Shown in pieces: positions 21,580-33,281 of a DNA stretch of 64,000 nt. Source of the stretch: an uncultured Nitrospinota bacterium (GTDB lineage: Bacteria; Tectomicrobia; Entotheonellia; J063; CAVPRW01). The first letter of the stretch is position 1. Each line of letters starts with the position of its first letter. Location of the stretch: contig CAVPRW010000010.1 of the NCBI GenBank assembly GCA_963707985.1, forward strand, positions 309,987 to 373,986, read 5' to 3'. The translations under genes and the position numbers were made by a program. The notes under the pieces were generated by a model. That model ran no database searches and was not told the origin of the DNA. It saw only the letters and a list, made by a program, of their open reading frames with translations.

Positions 21580-22923
21580 TTAGTTCCCGGCAATGGTCAT
21601 GCGGGCGATCTTCAGCGTCGGCGCTGCCGTACGGCCGCGGAACACCAGATCGTCGCCAACCATCTCGATGTGGTCCAACATCTCATTGAGGTTGCCAGCA
21701 ATAGTGATTTCTTCCACCGGATACGCCAACTCGCCATTTTCGATCCAAAGCCCCACGGCCCCCCGCGAATAATCGCCGGTCACCAGGTTCACGCCAAAGC
21801 CAATAAGCTCAGTGAGATAGAGACCGGATTTGACCGAGGCGATGATTTCTGCCGCTGTAGAGGTCCCTGGCACAAGATAGAAATTGCCGGCGCCGACGCT
21901 GATGCCGCTGGCATCGCGTGCGGCATTGCCGGTTGAGGTCATGCCCAAGCGTCGGGCACAGTAGGTATCGAGGAGATAACTCTGCAACACACCATGCTGG
22001 ATGACAACCGTCCGCCGGGTCGGCAAACCTTCGCCATCGAATGGGCGTGAGCCCATCGCCCCGGGAATCGTGCCATCGTCGATGACCGTAACGGTGTCGG
22101 CCGCGACTTGCTGACCTAAACGGTTGAGCAGGAAGGAGCTGCCGCGATAAATCGACGTCCCTGACACCGCCCCGGCCAGTGTGCGCAGCAGGCTGGCGGC
22201 CATCTCGGGATCAAAGACCACGGGAGCCTCCTGGGTGTGGACTTTACGCGCGCCCAACCGGCGCAGGGCGCGCTTGGCGGCAGTCTTGCCGATGATATCC
22301 GGGGCTTCCAGTTGCTTGAACCGGCGGCTCACGGCATACCATGAGTCACGTTGCATCGTGCCCCCCGCATCAGCAATGGGTGACACCGCCAGCGAAAACG
22401 ACGAGGTGTGGTATTCTCCCACGAAGCCATGCGTGTTGGCATAGACGATCTGACTAAAGTGGGTGTCGAGCCCCGCCCCCTCGGAATTCGTGATGCGCGG
22501 ATCATAGTCTAGGGCAGCGGCCTCTGCCTGCGTGACCAGGGCGATTTTCTCGTCGACATCGAGATTTTGGGCCTCAGGATCGAAGAGCCCCAGGTCTGGC
22601 ACCGAGGCCACGATCGACTCGGGGTTTGGCAGGCCGAGAAATTCATCTGCGGCGGTGGCGCGGGCCAGTGTACAGGTTTCGTCGACGAGATGATCCAGGG
22701 CTCGCATGGAAAAATCTGAGGTCGAGGTGGCAGCCGAACTTTTACCAAACAGGACTCTCAGGTGCAAACGGCGTTCCTGGGCACTTTTGAGCGACTCGAT
22801 GTCACGCAGCCGTACCTGTGTCGTGGATGAATCCGTTTCGATGACGAGCAGATCCGCTTCCGTGGCTCCTTGGCGGCGGACTTTGGCCAGCAGATCGCGG
22901 GCTAGCTCACGTTCCATGCCCAT
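21580..22923 (-). CDS. pmbA: Metalloprotease PmbA/TldE
   Basis: PFDGEG, TGDYSRGA, EEITIAGNL; no HExxxH; follows tldD. Confidence 0.93.
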   Translation of the reverse strand: MGMERELARDLLAKVRRQGATEADLLVIETDSSTTQVRLRDIESLKSAQERRLHLRVLFGKSSAATSTSDFSMRALDHLVDETCTLARATAADEFLGLPNPESIVASVPDLGLFDPEAQNLDVDEKIALVTQAEAAALDYDPRITNSEGAGLDTHFSQIVYANTHGFVGEYHTSSFSLAVSPIADAGGTMQRDSWYAVSRRFKQLEAPDIIGKTAAKRALRRLGARKVHTQEAPVVFDPEMAASLLRTLAGAVSGTSIYRGSSFLLNRLGQQVAADTVTVIDDGTIPGAMGSRPFDGEGLPTRRTVVIQHGVLQSYLLDTYCARRLGMTSTGNAARDASGISVGAGNFYLVPGTSTAAEIIASVKSGLYLTELIGFGVNLVTGDYSRGAVGLWIENGELAYPVEEITIAGNLNEMLDHIEMVGDDLVFRGRTAAPTLKIARMTIAGN

Positions 22924-22933
22924 AGTGTCCCCC

Positions 22934-24382
22934 TCAGCGCTGCGTGCCACCGACGGTCATGCCGTCGACACGGATTGTCGGCAGCCCCACCCCGACTGGC
23001 ACCGACTGCCCGTCTTTGCCGCACGTACCTACCCCCTCATCCAGCTGCAGATCGTTTCCCACCATCGAGACGCGGGTCAGCACGTCGGGGCCATTACCGA
23101 TCAGCGTCGCTCCCTTCACCGGACACGTCACCTTGCCGTCCTCGATCATGTATGCCTCGCTGGCCGAGAACACGAACTTGCCGTTGGTGATATCCACCTG
23201 GCCACCGCCGAAGTTGACAGCGTAGAGACCGTGTTTGACCGAACGAATGATCTCTTCCGGATCGAATTCGCCGGGGAGCATAAACGTGTTGGTCATGCGC
23301 GGCATCGGAATGTGTGCGTAACTCTCACGCCGGCCGTTCCCCGTGAGCGGCATACCCATCAGACGAGCATTCAAACGATCTTGCAGATAGCCGCGCAGAA
23401 TGCCGTTTTCAATCAGCACTGTGCGGCCGGTCGGGGTGCCTTCGTCGTCGACGTTAAGCGATCCCCGGCGACCCGGCATAGTCCCATCATCGACAACCGT
23501 GACCGACGAGGCCGCCACTTGCTCGCCGATTCGGCCGCTGAAGGCCGAGACCTTCTTGCGATTGAAATCTCCCTCCAGGCCATGGCCGATGGCTTCATGC
23601 AGCAGTATGCCCGGCCAACCTGGCCCGAGGACGACATCGAGGTAACCGGCCGGGGCATTCACGGCATCGAGATTCACAATCGCTTGCCGTGCGGCCTCAC
23701 GTGCGAAGTGTTCATAGCGATGGCCCTCCAGTAAGGTAGAGAATTCATAGCGGCCACCGCCGCCGTGAGTCCCCGTCTGGCGATTGCTTCCATCCTCGGC
23801 GATGCAACTGACCGACAGGCGCACAAGCGGCAAGATATCGCCCACGACCAGACCTTCAGCCGTGGCAATCAAGATGATCTTCTGCGTACTGCCCAATGAG
23901 GCAAACACCTTGCTGATGCGCGGATCGTAGGCGCGGGCGATGCGGTCGATCCGCAGCAAGAGGTCAATTTTAGCTTCGGCTGGCACATCGGTTGGGAAGG
24001 TCTGCACCGGATACAGATCGTGGGGGGATGGCGCTGGTTGGCCGACGGCGACTGCGCCGCTCTTGGTGGTTTCGGAGGCAATAGCGTGGGCGGTACGGGC
24101 CGCCAGTGCCAGGTTTTCGATGGTAATGTCATCGGAATAGCCGTACCCTGTGCGACTCTCTGCCATGGCGCGCACACCCGCCCCCTGCGAAATGCTCTTC
24201 GAGGCTTTTTTGACAACCCCATCTTCGAGGCTAATCGACTCACCGACGAGATACTCGAAATAGATATCCCCATCGTCCGCGGCTTTTCCCAGCACACCAC
24301 CGAGGATCCGGCCCAGACTGTCTTTGGCGATGCCGAACTTTTCAGCGAAAAACCGCTGTGGAGTCAAACTGGTGTCGGTCAT
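22934..24382 (-). CDS. tldD: Metalloprotease TldD
   Basis: GWPGILLHEAIGHGLEGDFNRK, PRMTNT, CGKDGQSVPVG. Confidence 0.96.
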   Translation of the reverse strand: MTDTSLTPQRFFAEKFGIAKDSLGRILGGVLGKAADDGDIYFEYLVGESISLEDGVVKKASKSISQGAGVRAMAESRTGYGYSDDITIENLALAARTAHAIASETTKSGAVAVGQPAPSPHDLYPVQTFPTDVPAEAKIDLLLRIDRIARAYDPRISKVFASLGSTQKIILIATAEGLVVGDILPLVRLSVSCIAEDGSNRQTGTHGGGGRYEFSTLLEGHRYEHFAREAARQAIVNLDAVNAPAGYLDVVLGPGWPGILLHEAIGHGLEGDFNRKKVSAFSGRIGEQVAASSVTVVDDGTMPGRRGSLNVDDEGTPTGRTVLIENGILRGYLQDRLNARLMGMPLTGNGRRESYAHIPMPRMTNTFMLPGEFDPEEIIRSVKHGLYAVNFGGGQVDITNGKFVFSASEAYMIEDGKVTCPVKGATLIGNGPDVLTRVSMVGNDLQLDEGVGTCGKDGQSVPVGVGLPTIRVDGMTVGGTQR

Positions 24383-24782
24383 GATCAGTATCCCCTTCAA
24401 GGCTTGAACCGGCGACTGCCCTACGCTGCCGGACAATGCCGCACGCGCCTGCATAGCTACCGGCGGTGGAACGCATCTTGATATATATGTCGATCACACC
24501 TGGACCAACGGCCCTGTCATGGCCACGGTGTGCTTTGGTTGTAGGTTCTTACGCTGCGACAGCATACGGGAATGCCGCTTGTCTGCGTCGCTAGCGTTGC
24601 CTTTGCATATTCCTAGGATACGCTCCTTCATGGATTGGGTCAACCATGGGCTCTCTAGACTGCAGCTCCGCTTGTTCTGGAACGAACGGGTATGCTACAG
24701 TGGGAGACGCTGCAGCTCATCAAACCTGCATCTTGGATGACCGTGCCCCTCTTACACCTCTGCTGCCAGGAGGAACGCTGCC

Positions 24783-25094
24783 ATGATGTATTATCTGGTT
24801 GAATTCGACCCCAAGCCTGGCGTGACCCAGCGCGAGGTGGCCGATGGCTATCGGCGCTTTGTCGAGCATTACACGAAGATTTTTCCCCAGATGAAGTTGG
24901 CAGGCCTGTTCGCCCGGGACATGCTGCTGGGGACTCGCCCGCACTACTTTGCGCTGTGGGAGATTCCCGATTATGCCACCCTCGATGCCTGGAAAAAAGC
25001 TTACGCCGGCGATCCTGATGGAGCCGGTTTGACACGCGAGATCAACGACATGGGCGTGGAATGGAACGCCAAGATCGTCAGGAGGCTTTTGTAA
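24783..25094 (+). CDS. Small hypothetical protein, probable dimeric alpha-beta barrel fold
   Basis: GGAGG RBS; YYLVEF...YFALWEIPD pattern. Confidence 0.65.
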   Translation: MMYYLVEFDPKPGVTQREVADGYRRFVEHYTKIFPQMKLAGLFARDMLLGTRPHYFALWEIPDYATLDAWKKAYAGDPDGAGLTREINDMGVEWNAKIVRRLL

Positions 25095-25342
25095 GCTGGC
25101 GGCCTCATACAACCCGCTGATGCACCATCTCCATGCGCCATTGATGCGGCAATAGCGGTGGTGACTGTGGCTTTTGAAGAATTACACGGGATCCCAGCGA
25201 CAAGGCTCGAGGAGGCTAAGACGCTGCGCCAGGAATACGAGTCTCAGTTTTACAGGACATCTGCGCTGGGGGACTATTTGCGACTGCCGGCCCGCAAGTT
25301 GCCATATGCGGGCCGGTCGACTGTGGGAGTCGGCTGCGAAGA

Positions 25343-25765
25343 CTACTTCGCGCAGAACTGGTCAAAGGCCTCAGTGAGGGACTTAGCGATCTCAGTAGCG
25401 TCCCGATTTTCAATCTGGTGCCGTTGCAACATGAACACGGGCTTGCCATCTTTGAACAGCGCTACCGATGGGGAGGAGGGGGGATAGTCATGTAGGTATT
25501 CACGTACGCGCGCGGTGGCCTCAAGATCACCGCCGGCAAACACCGTGGCAACGGTGTCGGGCACCACGCCATGTCGCAACGCCAGCGCAACCCCCGGGCG
25601 TGCACGGCCGGCCGCACACCCACACATCGAATTGATCACCATCATCACGGTGCCGCCATGTGCCCCAAGCATCGCGTCAACGTCCTCAGGGGTGCGGGTT
25701 TCCTGTACGCCAAGGCTCGTCAATTCCTGCCGCATCGGTCCGATAAATTCTTCTGGATATTGCAC
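25343..25765 (-). CDS. BrxA/BrxB (YphP/YqiW) family bacilliredoxin
   Basis: PMRQELT, NSMCGCAAG-x-ARP, TVFAG, PPSSPS. Confidence 0.93.
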   Translation of the reverse strand: MQYPEEFIGPMRQELTSLGVQETRTPEDVDAMLGAHGGTVMMVINSMCGCAAGRARPGVALALRHGVVPDTVATVFAGGDLEATARVREYLHDYPPSSPSVALFKDGKPVFMLQRHQIENRDATEIAKSLTEAFDQFCAK

Positions 25766-26148
25766 CGTTTATGTCTCCTTTATTAAGTATTAAGGTGTCG
25801 CCGTGTCGCATCGTGAGCAACCATCCCCTGTATTCTACCAGACTCCCGAGGGATGACCAATGGAATTATGCCCGTTTCTTGCAAAGCCCCATCGGGGCAG
25901 GTCGGAGCCTGATCGACCTGTGCAACCCCCCACCGTCAAGCAAGTGTACCGGGAAGGCTCCCTGAATCCGCACCAACGCCACCGGAATTTTCCTTGACTT
26001 GTGGTGGGATCTAGCGTAACTGACACGCGAGTTTCGCCCACTTGACAACGTTCATCGAAGGTCCCCCATTGCACTACCGGCTCGCAACGCTCCCTACCCG
26101 GTCGTCAGCGTTGCAACCGGCTGCGGGTCCATTCATGAAGGAGAACCG

Positions 26149-27709
26149 ATGCGCAGGATCGGGAGTGTTGCACCATGGTTACTGTTGAGCGTCGCCACCT
26201 GGTTGTGTGTCCTGCTAGGAAGTGCTGTCCTGACAGCCCCTGCCACCCTCTACAAGCCGGAGGGGGAGATGCGCTGGGCGTTGTACGTGACCATCTCCCC
26301 CGCCTGGTTCGATCCCGCGCAGGTGGCGGTGGCGGGCGGGACGCCGTTCTGGTTCTGCTATGCTCTGCATGATGCCCTCGTCAAGCCCATGCCTGATAAC
26401 CCCATGGCCCCAAGCCTGGCGGAGTCCTGGACGGTGAGCGACGACCGGCGAGTCTACGAATTTAAGCTGCGGGAGGGCCTCACGTTCCACAATGGCGATC
26501 CCTTCACCGCCGCGGATGTCCAGTTCACCTTCCAACGCTACAAATCGACCATCCTGCAGGAAAAAGTTCGGGAGGTGGAGGTTGTCGATCCCTACCGAGT
26601 GCGCTTTCATTTGCACCAGCCATGGCCCGATTTCATGACCTATTACGGCACCCTGGCCACAGGGGCGGGGTGGATCGTGCCCAAAAAGTACCTCGAGCAG
26701 GTGGGCGATGACGGCTTTAGACGCCATCCCATCGGGCTCGGCCCCTACAAGTTTGTCAGCCATACGCCCGGCGTCGAACTGGTTATGGAGGCATTCGAAG
26801 GCTACTGGCGCAAAGTTCCTCACGTCAAGCGTCTGGTCTTCAAAAGTGTCACGGAGAACACGACGCGGCTGGCCATGCTCAAGAAGGGAGAGGTCGATCT
26901 CGCCTACGACCTGGATGTCCCGGCGGCTGAGGAGGTGAAACGGGACCCCAAGCTGCGGTTGGCCTTTTCCGGGGGGATTGGGTCGTTCTATCTGGATTTC
27001 CTCGAACAGTGGGACCCCAAGTCTCCCTGGCATGACCCGCGCGTGCGGCTGGCCGCCAATTACGCCCTCGACCGCGAGGCGCTCAATGAGGCCGAGCGCC
27101 TTGGCGCCTCGCCGCCTGCGGGGAGCATCATTCCGCGCACCTTCGCAGTTCGCGCTGCCGATCGAACCGTATCCCTATGATCCAGCCAAGGCGAAACGTC
27201 TGCTGGCCGAGGCGGGGTATCCCAACGGTTTTGACGCCGGAGATGTGACCCCCAATCCCCCCTATTTCTCGCTGGGAGAGGCAGTCGGCAATTATCTGGG
27301 GGCAATCGGGATCAAGCTGAAACTGCGCACGATGGAACGGGCGGCGTTTCAGTCGGCGCGCGCCGCGAAGCAGTTGCGTGGCCTCTGCATCTGCGTCAGT
27401 GCACGATACGGCAACGCCGCCACGCGCATTGAGGAATCGGTGGTCAGCACCGGGACATTTGCCTACGGAGGCTATCCCGACATCGATGCGCTGTTCAAAC
27501 AGCAGGGCAATGAGACCGACCGAGCAACACGGGAGGCCATGCTGCACCAGATCCAGCAGCTCATGCACGAGCGCGTGATGTTCGGACCGATCTGGCTCTA
27601 TTTCTGGCCAAGTGGCATCGGACCGCGTGTGGAAGAGCCGGCACTGATGTTGATCAACCCCTTCCCCTGGTCTGCACCCCTTGAGGACGTGCGCCTGAAG
27701 ACGAGTTGA
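26149..27709 (+). CDS. ABC transporter substrate-binding protein family 5 (frameshift ~27145)
   Basis: PSLAESW, FHNGDPFTAADV, PIGLGPYK, then YDPAKAKRLLAEAGY in the second frame. Confidence 0.9.
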
Positions 27710-28039
27710 GCAACGACATTGCATTGCGCATCCGAGATGATTCTTGTCCAGTCCTGGGGCGGCCAACGGGTCACCGGGAGGCAGAGCTGAGACATGGACG
27801 ATGGAGCAAGGCATAGGCGACCATCATTGAGCGTCTCATCAACTCGACTCTGCTACATGAAGCGGGCCCATGGTCACCGCTTGGGGTGTCCATGGGCCAC
27901 CCTCGAGTGGGTCATTGTGAGTTGACAGGGGGGGACAGGCTGTACGCTGAGCACAAACGGCGGGCGGGTGCCTGCCAGACTCTGGCAACCACTCGCCCAT
28001 ACGCCAGCAGCAGCGAGCCACGGTACAGGTGTGCGCCTC

Positions 28040-28475
28040 CTACCTAGAGAGCTGCCCGCGCACAGCACCTTTTGGAAAGGCGGCATTGTGGACGTTGACG
28101 TAAAAGCCGGCAGGGTTCTCTAGAATAGCCATAATCACAGAGGCATCAGCCTTTTTACAGCCCTTCGCGGAACCCGTCTTGGGCGCATCCAGAGCCACTT
28201 TGACGGGACCCTCTTTGCCCAGCGCCCCTTCATGGATATGGGCCGCCGTAGCCTCTTGGCATATTCGCCACGTTGAGCTCATAACACACTTCGCCATTGC
28301 CGGGATTGAGGGTCACCTGCACAGTGCCACTGCCCTTGGGATCCCCCGGACCTGGAACCTCAGCGTCCCCTGTCAGCTTGGCCGTAGCTTTCCCCATCTC
28401 TTGGGCTGCCGCCAGATGTATGCCGGTCAGCAGCACCAGCGCGATGATGCCTATGGACAACGCGAGTGTTCGCAT
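28040..28475 (-). CDS. Secreted CHRD-domain protein (frameshift ~28260)
   Basis: Signal peptide, LTGDAEVP, AAHIH, YVNVHN..FP.GAVRGQL. Confidence 0.88.
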
Positions 28476-29133
28476 TGCAACCCCCTCCTTTGTCGTCATG
28501 TACTGAGACTCCTCGGTGTCGCTGCGCCTGCTCAAACCGCTCTGCGAGACGCACTGTATCATATCTGGCAAGATCCGTGGAATTTCTCTGCTCCAGGCCA
28601 CTGTATTCGTTGGTACTTCTCTCCTCAGGGTGCATCAGGTACAGGGACACCCGCACGGTGGAAGTGGCACCCGCCCTTCACCTGCGCCACGCCTGCAACT
28701 TGTGGAGCGTGGAACCCTGCGTCATGTGCATGAATGTGTGTTCGGCGTGCTGGCCCTGGCGAGTGTCAAACTCGGTCGATTGATGCTTGCAAGGACAGGG
28801 GGCAATGGGCGTTGAAGACAATTTGGTCATAGCAGACGACTTGGGAGGAGCCGTAGCCGCATCTACGACGCCCTCTAAACGAGATATCCGGGGTCATCAA
28901 GGGCTAATCTGAGGGATTCTGGGCACAGAAGTGGGAACAGGCTGGTGTTTGGGAGTCAGGACGCCAACCAAATGGCAGAGCGGACGAGCTGCTTTCATAC
29001 GATCACCGGCATGGGCTGACGTTCCATGTGTCGGCATTGGGCTCTCAGCTTCTTCATGCCGCGACTGACCTAATCGCAGGTGAAGAGCCGCCACGGACAG
29101 CAGCGGCCCGCAAAGACGGTCATGCCAGCGGCA

Positions 29134-30336
29134 CTAGGACCGCCACAGCCGCTCGGAGGCAAGGCTTGTCCCCTCAACCAGCGCGGCGAACTTGGCCCAC
29201 ATGACAGTTGGATGTTGGCGCTGGTACATCGCCCCCTGGGCAAACCCACAATCGGCTCCGGCGATGACCCGCTCGCGACCCGTTACCCGAGCGAAATTCA
29301 TGAGCCGCTCAGCCACCGTTTCGGGATGCTCGACCACGGCAGTGGTATGTGCGATGACGCCGGGGATGAGCACTTTGCCCTCGGGCAACCTGACATCTTC
29401 CCAGACGCGCCACTCATAGGCATGGCGGGGCGTCGCCGCCTCTATCGAGTAGGCCTGGGCCTTGACCCGCAAGACGAGATCGACGATATCGCGCAGCCCC
29501 AGGTCGTGCACATGCGGTCCCTGCCAGCTGCCCCAACACAGATGATAGCGCACACGCTCCTCGGGAATGCCGGCCAGGGCATGATTGAGCGCGTCGATAT
29601 TCCTGGCCTGCATGCGCCGGTATTCCTCCAGTGGGGGAGCCGGTATCATCATGTCCCAGGTTTCGCCTAACCCTGGATCGTCGATCTGCAGGATGAACCC
29701 GGCATCGACGATGGCCCGGTATTCGGTCTTCAGCGCCTCGGCAATGGCAAATACATACTCTTCGTCCGTGGCGTAGTATTGGTTTTGACCGCGGCCGACC
29801 ATGGCCGGTGCGATGGCGGGCACAAAGGCCTCTCCGACGTTGATGCCCTGCAGGGCGGCCTTGAAGGTAGCGAGATCGCGCTGCAGTATGGCCTGACCCT
29901 GATATGTGATAGGTCCCTGACAGACCGAGGGCGGTGCCGCGGGAGGCATGGCCCTCGGCAAGTACTCCTCATAATACTCAGGGAACGCCCGCCACTCCCG
30001 CCGGCTGGTAATCCGACGCGCCCACGAGCTCCCCACATTACTGGAGGAGATGTTCGGGGCGTTCGCCGCCATCGGGACGAACCCCGTCAGCCGTTCTTCG
30101 GCATAGGCCAGAAAGCTGGTCTTGCCCATTTCACCGTCAGAGATGACATCGAGGCCGACCTCGGCTTGCTGACAGACTACCGCTCTCACGGCCTCGGCAA
30201 CACATGCCGCGAGCTGAGCCGCGTCGATGGACTGGCCGCCCAAACGGGCGCGGAGGAGGGTTTTAATGCTCTCCGGACGGGGCAGGCTGCCAACGTGCGT
30301 GGTCAGGATACGCTCAGTGCTGGTCTTCATTCGCAT
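29134..30336 (-). CDS. Cobalamin-independent methionine synthase II family protein (MetE C-half-like)
   Basis: THVGSLPRP, DGE, QIDDP, HLCWG, GADCGF zinc motifs. Confidence 0.92.
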   Translation of the reverse strand: MRMKTSTERILTTHVGSLPRPESIKTLLRARLGGQSIDAAQLAACVAEAVRAVVCQQAEVGLDVISDGEMGKTSFLAYAEERLTGFVPMAANAPNISSSNVGSSWARRITSRREWRAFPEYYEEYLPRAMPPAAPPSVCQGPITYQGQAILQRDLATFKAALQGINVGEAFVPAIAPAMVGRGQNQYYATDEEYVFAIAEALKTEYRAIVDAGFILQIDDPGLGETWDMMIPAPPLEEYRRMQARNIDALNHALAGIPEERVRYHLCWGSWQGPHVHDLGLRDIVDLVLRVKAQAYSIEAATPRHAYEWRVWEDVRLPEGKVLIPGVIAHTTAVVEHPETVAERLMNFARVTGRERVIAGADCGFAQGAMYQRQHPTVMWAKFAALVEGTSLASERLWRS

Positions 30337-30386
30337 GCCCTCCTCCTGCGTATGGTGGAGCTTGCATCAGATCGTCATGTCTTCCC

Positions 30387-31175
30387 TCAGCGGACGGGCT
30401 CTTTCATAGCGCTTTCCAGCGCTTCCCAGCCTCTGGTGATACCTGGCACAAATGCCAAACAGCCTTCGGCGTCCAGCACCTCTTTGCCTAACGGGTCCTG
30501 GTATTGCATGGAGATGAAGGCGTCGGTGATTTTCTGGGCCAGGCCCGCCTCTAATTCCTGATGCGCGGTAAAACAGCAGTGGCTGTATCCTGGGCTCGAC
30601 CAGAAGATGCGGAGGGTCTCCTGAATCGGCTGCCCTTGCTCACTCAGCACTTCAAGCGTGCGTCGACTCACGGCGCCCGCGTCGTAGGCACCTTTCAACA
30701 CGAGATCGACGACCGCCCGCTCATCGGAAAGCGCACTCGGCTCGCGATCCTCGGTAAAGGCACAGGCGGCCAAATCCCGCTGGGGATCGAAGCCTTGTTG
30801 TTTCAGGAAATAATACGGCAGCAGTCCGGCCTGCGCCGAGCCTCGACTGCCGAGCGCCAGGCGCTTGCCCTTCAGGTCTGCCAACGTGGTGATGCCCGAG
30901 TCGCGGCGGGTGAAGAATTGACTGCTGAAGTCGACGTCGACATCACGCATGGCGACGACACGGCAGGGATCATTGAGACGTTGTTTGATCTTGACGTATG
31001 AAATGGGCCCATTCCAGGCCAGGTCGATTTCTCGGGTGGCAAACGCCTCGACCAGTGCGTCGTAGTTGGAATATAATACCCAGTCGAGGTCAATGCCCTG
31101 CTGCTGGAAATGCGTCTTCAGGCCTTTGAACACCGTGATATGTCCGGGTGATGCCACCCCTCCCATTCTCAGCAT
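30387..31175 (-). CDS. PhnD/SsuA-type substrate-binding protein
   Basis: YSNYDALV, IDLAW, DLKGKRLALG, SAQAGLLP. Confidence 0.75.
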   Translation of the reverse strand: MLRMGGVASPGHITVFKGLKTHFQQQGIDLDWVLYSNYDALVEAFATREIDLAWNGPISYVKIKQRLNDPCRVVAMRDVDVDFSSQFFTRRDSGITTLADLKGKRLALGSRGSAQAGLLPYYFLKQQGFDPQRDLAACAFTEDREPSALSDERAVVDLVLKGAYDAGAVSRRTLEVLSEQGQPIQETLRIFWSSPGYSHCCFTAHQELEAGLAQKITDAFISMQYQDPLGKEVLDAEGCLAFVPGITRGWEALESAMKEPVR

Positions 31176-31294
31176 GATAGATCCTCCCTATGCCTCGTCC
31201 TCGCGTGGCGTGGAAATAAGCACGCGCCTGTAACAGTTTGCAGATCGGCGTATGGCAGTCTTGGAACCGCAAGCGCTCTCCGTGGCTCTGTATG

Positions 31295-31330
31295 GCCCTC
31301 ACCCTGCCCTCTCCCGGAGGGAGAGGAGGA
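31295..31330. repeat. REP-like palindromic intergenic element
   Basis: CCCTCACCCTGCCCTCTCCCGGAGGGAGAGG hairpin. Confidence 0.55.
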
Positions 31331-31373
31331 AGAGAATCAATGGGCCGCGGCGTCTGGTCGGCTCGCCTGCGGG

Positions 31374-32291
31374 TTAGCCCAGCAACGCGCCGCGCGTCTT
31401 GGTTGGCAGCCGGTAGACACTGGTGCGTGCGGTCAGGAAGAGGACGCTCCCATCCTCGCCCCAGGCCAGATTCGCCGGCAGCTCCGGCAGGACGATGCGG
31501 CCCAGCCGTTCGCCATTGGGGCGATACACCCACACGCCGCCGGGTCCGGTGCTGAACACGTTGCCTTGCAGGTCCACCTTGAAACCGTCCGCCACGCCTG
31601 GGTCATTCGACGGCATCTCGAATGGGATCCGACCGTTGGTGAGCGTGCCATCCGGGCGCACGTCAAACGCCCGAATATGCCCGTGGGCCGAATCGGCGAC
31701 ATACAGAACCGACTCATCGGGGGAAAAGGCCAAGCCGTTCGGCAGGGCAAAGTCATCAACCAGCAAGCGCAGGGTACCGTCCGGATTGAGACGGTAGACG
31801 CCATTGTAGGGCAATTCTTTGCCCGGAATGGGCGCGGTCCACCATGCTGGAGGCCGCGGCATACCAGGGGTGCTGGGTTGGATGGCGTAGGGTGGGTCGG
31901 TGAAGTAGATAGAGCCGTCGGACTTCACCACGATGTCATTGGGGCTGTTAAGTCGCTTGCCTTCGAAACGCTCCGCCAACACCGTGCGGCTGCCGTCGTC
32001 CGCGACGCGAGTGACGCAGCGGCCATCGTGACCTGCTGCCACCACATGTCCCTGGCGATCGAGCGTCAGGCCATTGGACATCCCCGTGGCGTAGGTGGCC
32101 AGCTCGGGGCCCTCCGGCAGCCGGCGCCAGCGCACGATACGTTTGTTGGGAATATCGCTGAAGAGCAGGTATGTACCGCGCCATACCGGCCCTTCCGTAA
32201 ACCCCAACCCGCCGGCGATGCGTTCGATGGGGGTGTCGGGGGCAATCAGATCGTGTAGTCCAGGGTTGTAGACTTCCAAAGGTGCCATCAC
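31374..32291 (-). CDS. SMP-30/gluconolactonase family protein
   Basis: FTEGPVW, SNGLT, NSPND, PNGLAFSPDE, DGFKVD. Confidence 0.93.
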   Translation of the reverse strand: MMAPLEVYNPGLHDLIAPDTPIERIAGGLGFTEGPVWRGTYLLFSDIPNKRIVRWRRLPEGPELATYATGMSNGLTLDRQGHVVAAGHDGRCVTRVADDGSRTVLAERFEGKRLNSPNDIVVKSDGSIYFTDPPYAIQPSTPGMPRPPAWWTAPIPGKELPYNGVYRLNPDGTLRLLVDDFALPNGLAFSPDESVLYVADSAHGHIRAFDVRPDGTLTNGRIPFEMPSNDPGVADGFKVDLQGNVFSTGPGGVWVYRPNGERLGRIVLPELPANLAWGEDGSVLFLTARTSVYRLPTKTRGALLG

Positions 32292-32392
32292 TCCTCCTCA
32301 TCATGCGGCGTGATCAGACAGCTCCACCGACCGTGTGACCCATCGCAGGCATCGGCCCACCCCTGCTTCGCACCCGATTCGGCCCGTTCGGC

Positions 32393-33099
32393 CTACCGTG
32401 TAGTGGGTGCCGTCGCCCAGTCCACGCCATTCAGCACCAGCTGCTGAAACGCTGGGGTCTGAAAGCTCCGTCCATCATGGCCAAGCAACAGCACAAAGAC
32501 CTTGCCCGTCACCGTATGGCCGCGTCCACCCCAGGGGAAAGGTGCCACCGGGCATGGGCTTGGGCTGCCGCTGCGGCCCCCAGGGATGCGTGCCGTCCGC
32601 CGCATCCGCGGTGATAAACACCTCATTGCCTGTGGTCAATGCCAGGCCCATGTATAGCTCATCAGGAGTCTTGAAGTCTGACACGCCACGGACGCCAGGA
32701 TGGCTAGGCGCACTCACGTGGACGGTAAACTCGCCGTAAGGTGGATGGAAACTCGTGCCGGTGATCCACCCTCCGCCAGTGATTTCATGATATTCCGGCC
32801 AGGCTTTGGGCAAACACGTGGAGATGTGGAGACAAACAAAGCCCTTGCCCGAGCGGATGAAATTCTTTCAGGCCGTCTTGTTCGGCCGGCGACAAGGTGA
32901 GGTCTGGCATCTCCGGGACGGCTTCCCGGCGCGTATTGAAAACCACCGCGTCGTATCCCGACAGGTCTGCGGCACGGGACAGGACCGCGGCGTCTTCGGT
33001 AATGGTCACCTCATGACCGGCCTTGCTCAGAAAGTCTCCCAGGATCGGGGTGGATTCGTGATACGGGTGCCTGCCTCCAGACAAGACGAGCAGCTTCAT
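32393..33099 (-). CDS. ThuA-like (class I glutamine amidotransferase-fold) protein, two frameshifts
   Basis: LLVLSGG.H, YDAVVF, HPPYG, DELY, GKVF..LGHD spread across three frames. Confidence 0.75.
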
Positions 33100-33281
33100 G
33101 GGTTGGTCCCTCCTATGGTTGGTGTGAGAAGAATAGTTCGGGGACATTATACGCGAGTCGTAGTGACACTGGAAGAAAACACTCCGTCCGTCAACTATCC
33201 CTCGGGCCAGAAAGCGGCTTCAAGCACGTGCTCGGCCGTCCAGCGGCACGTGGGGGGAGGTTTCTGCCGTCAGTCCACCCG

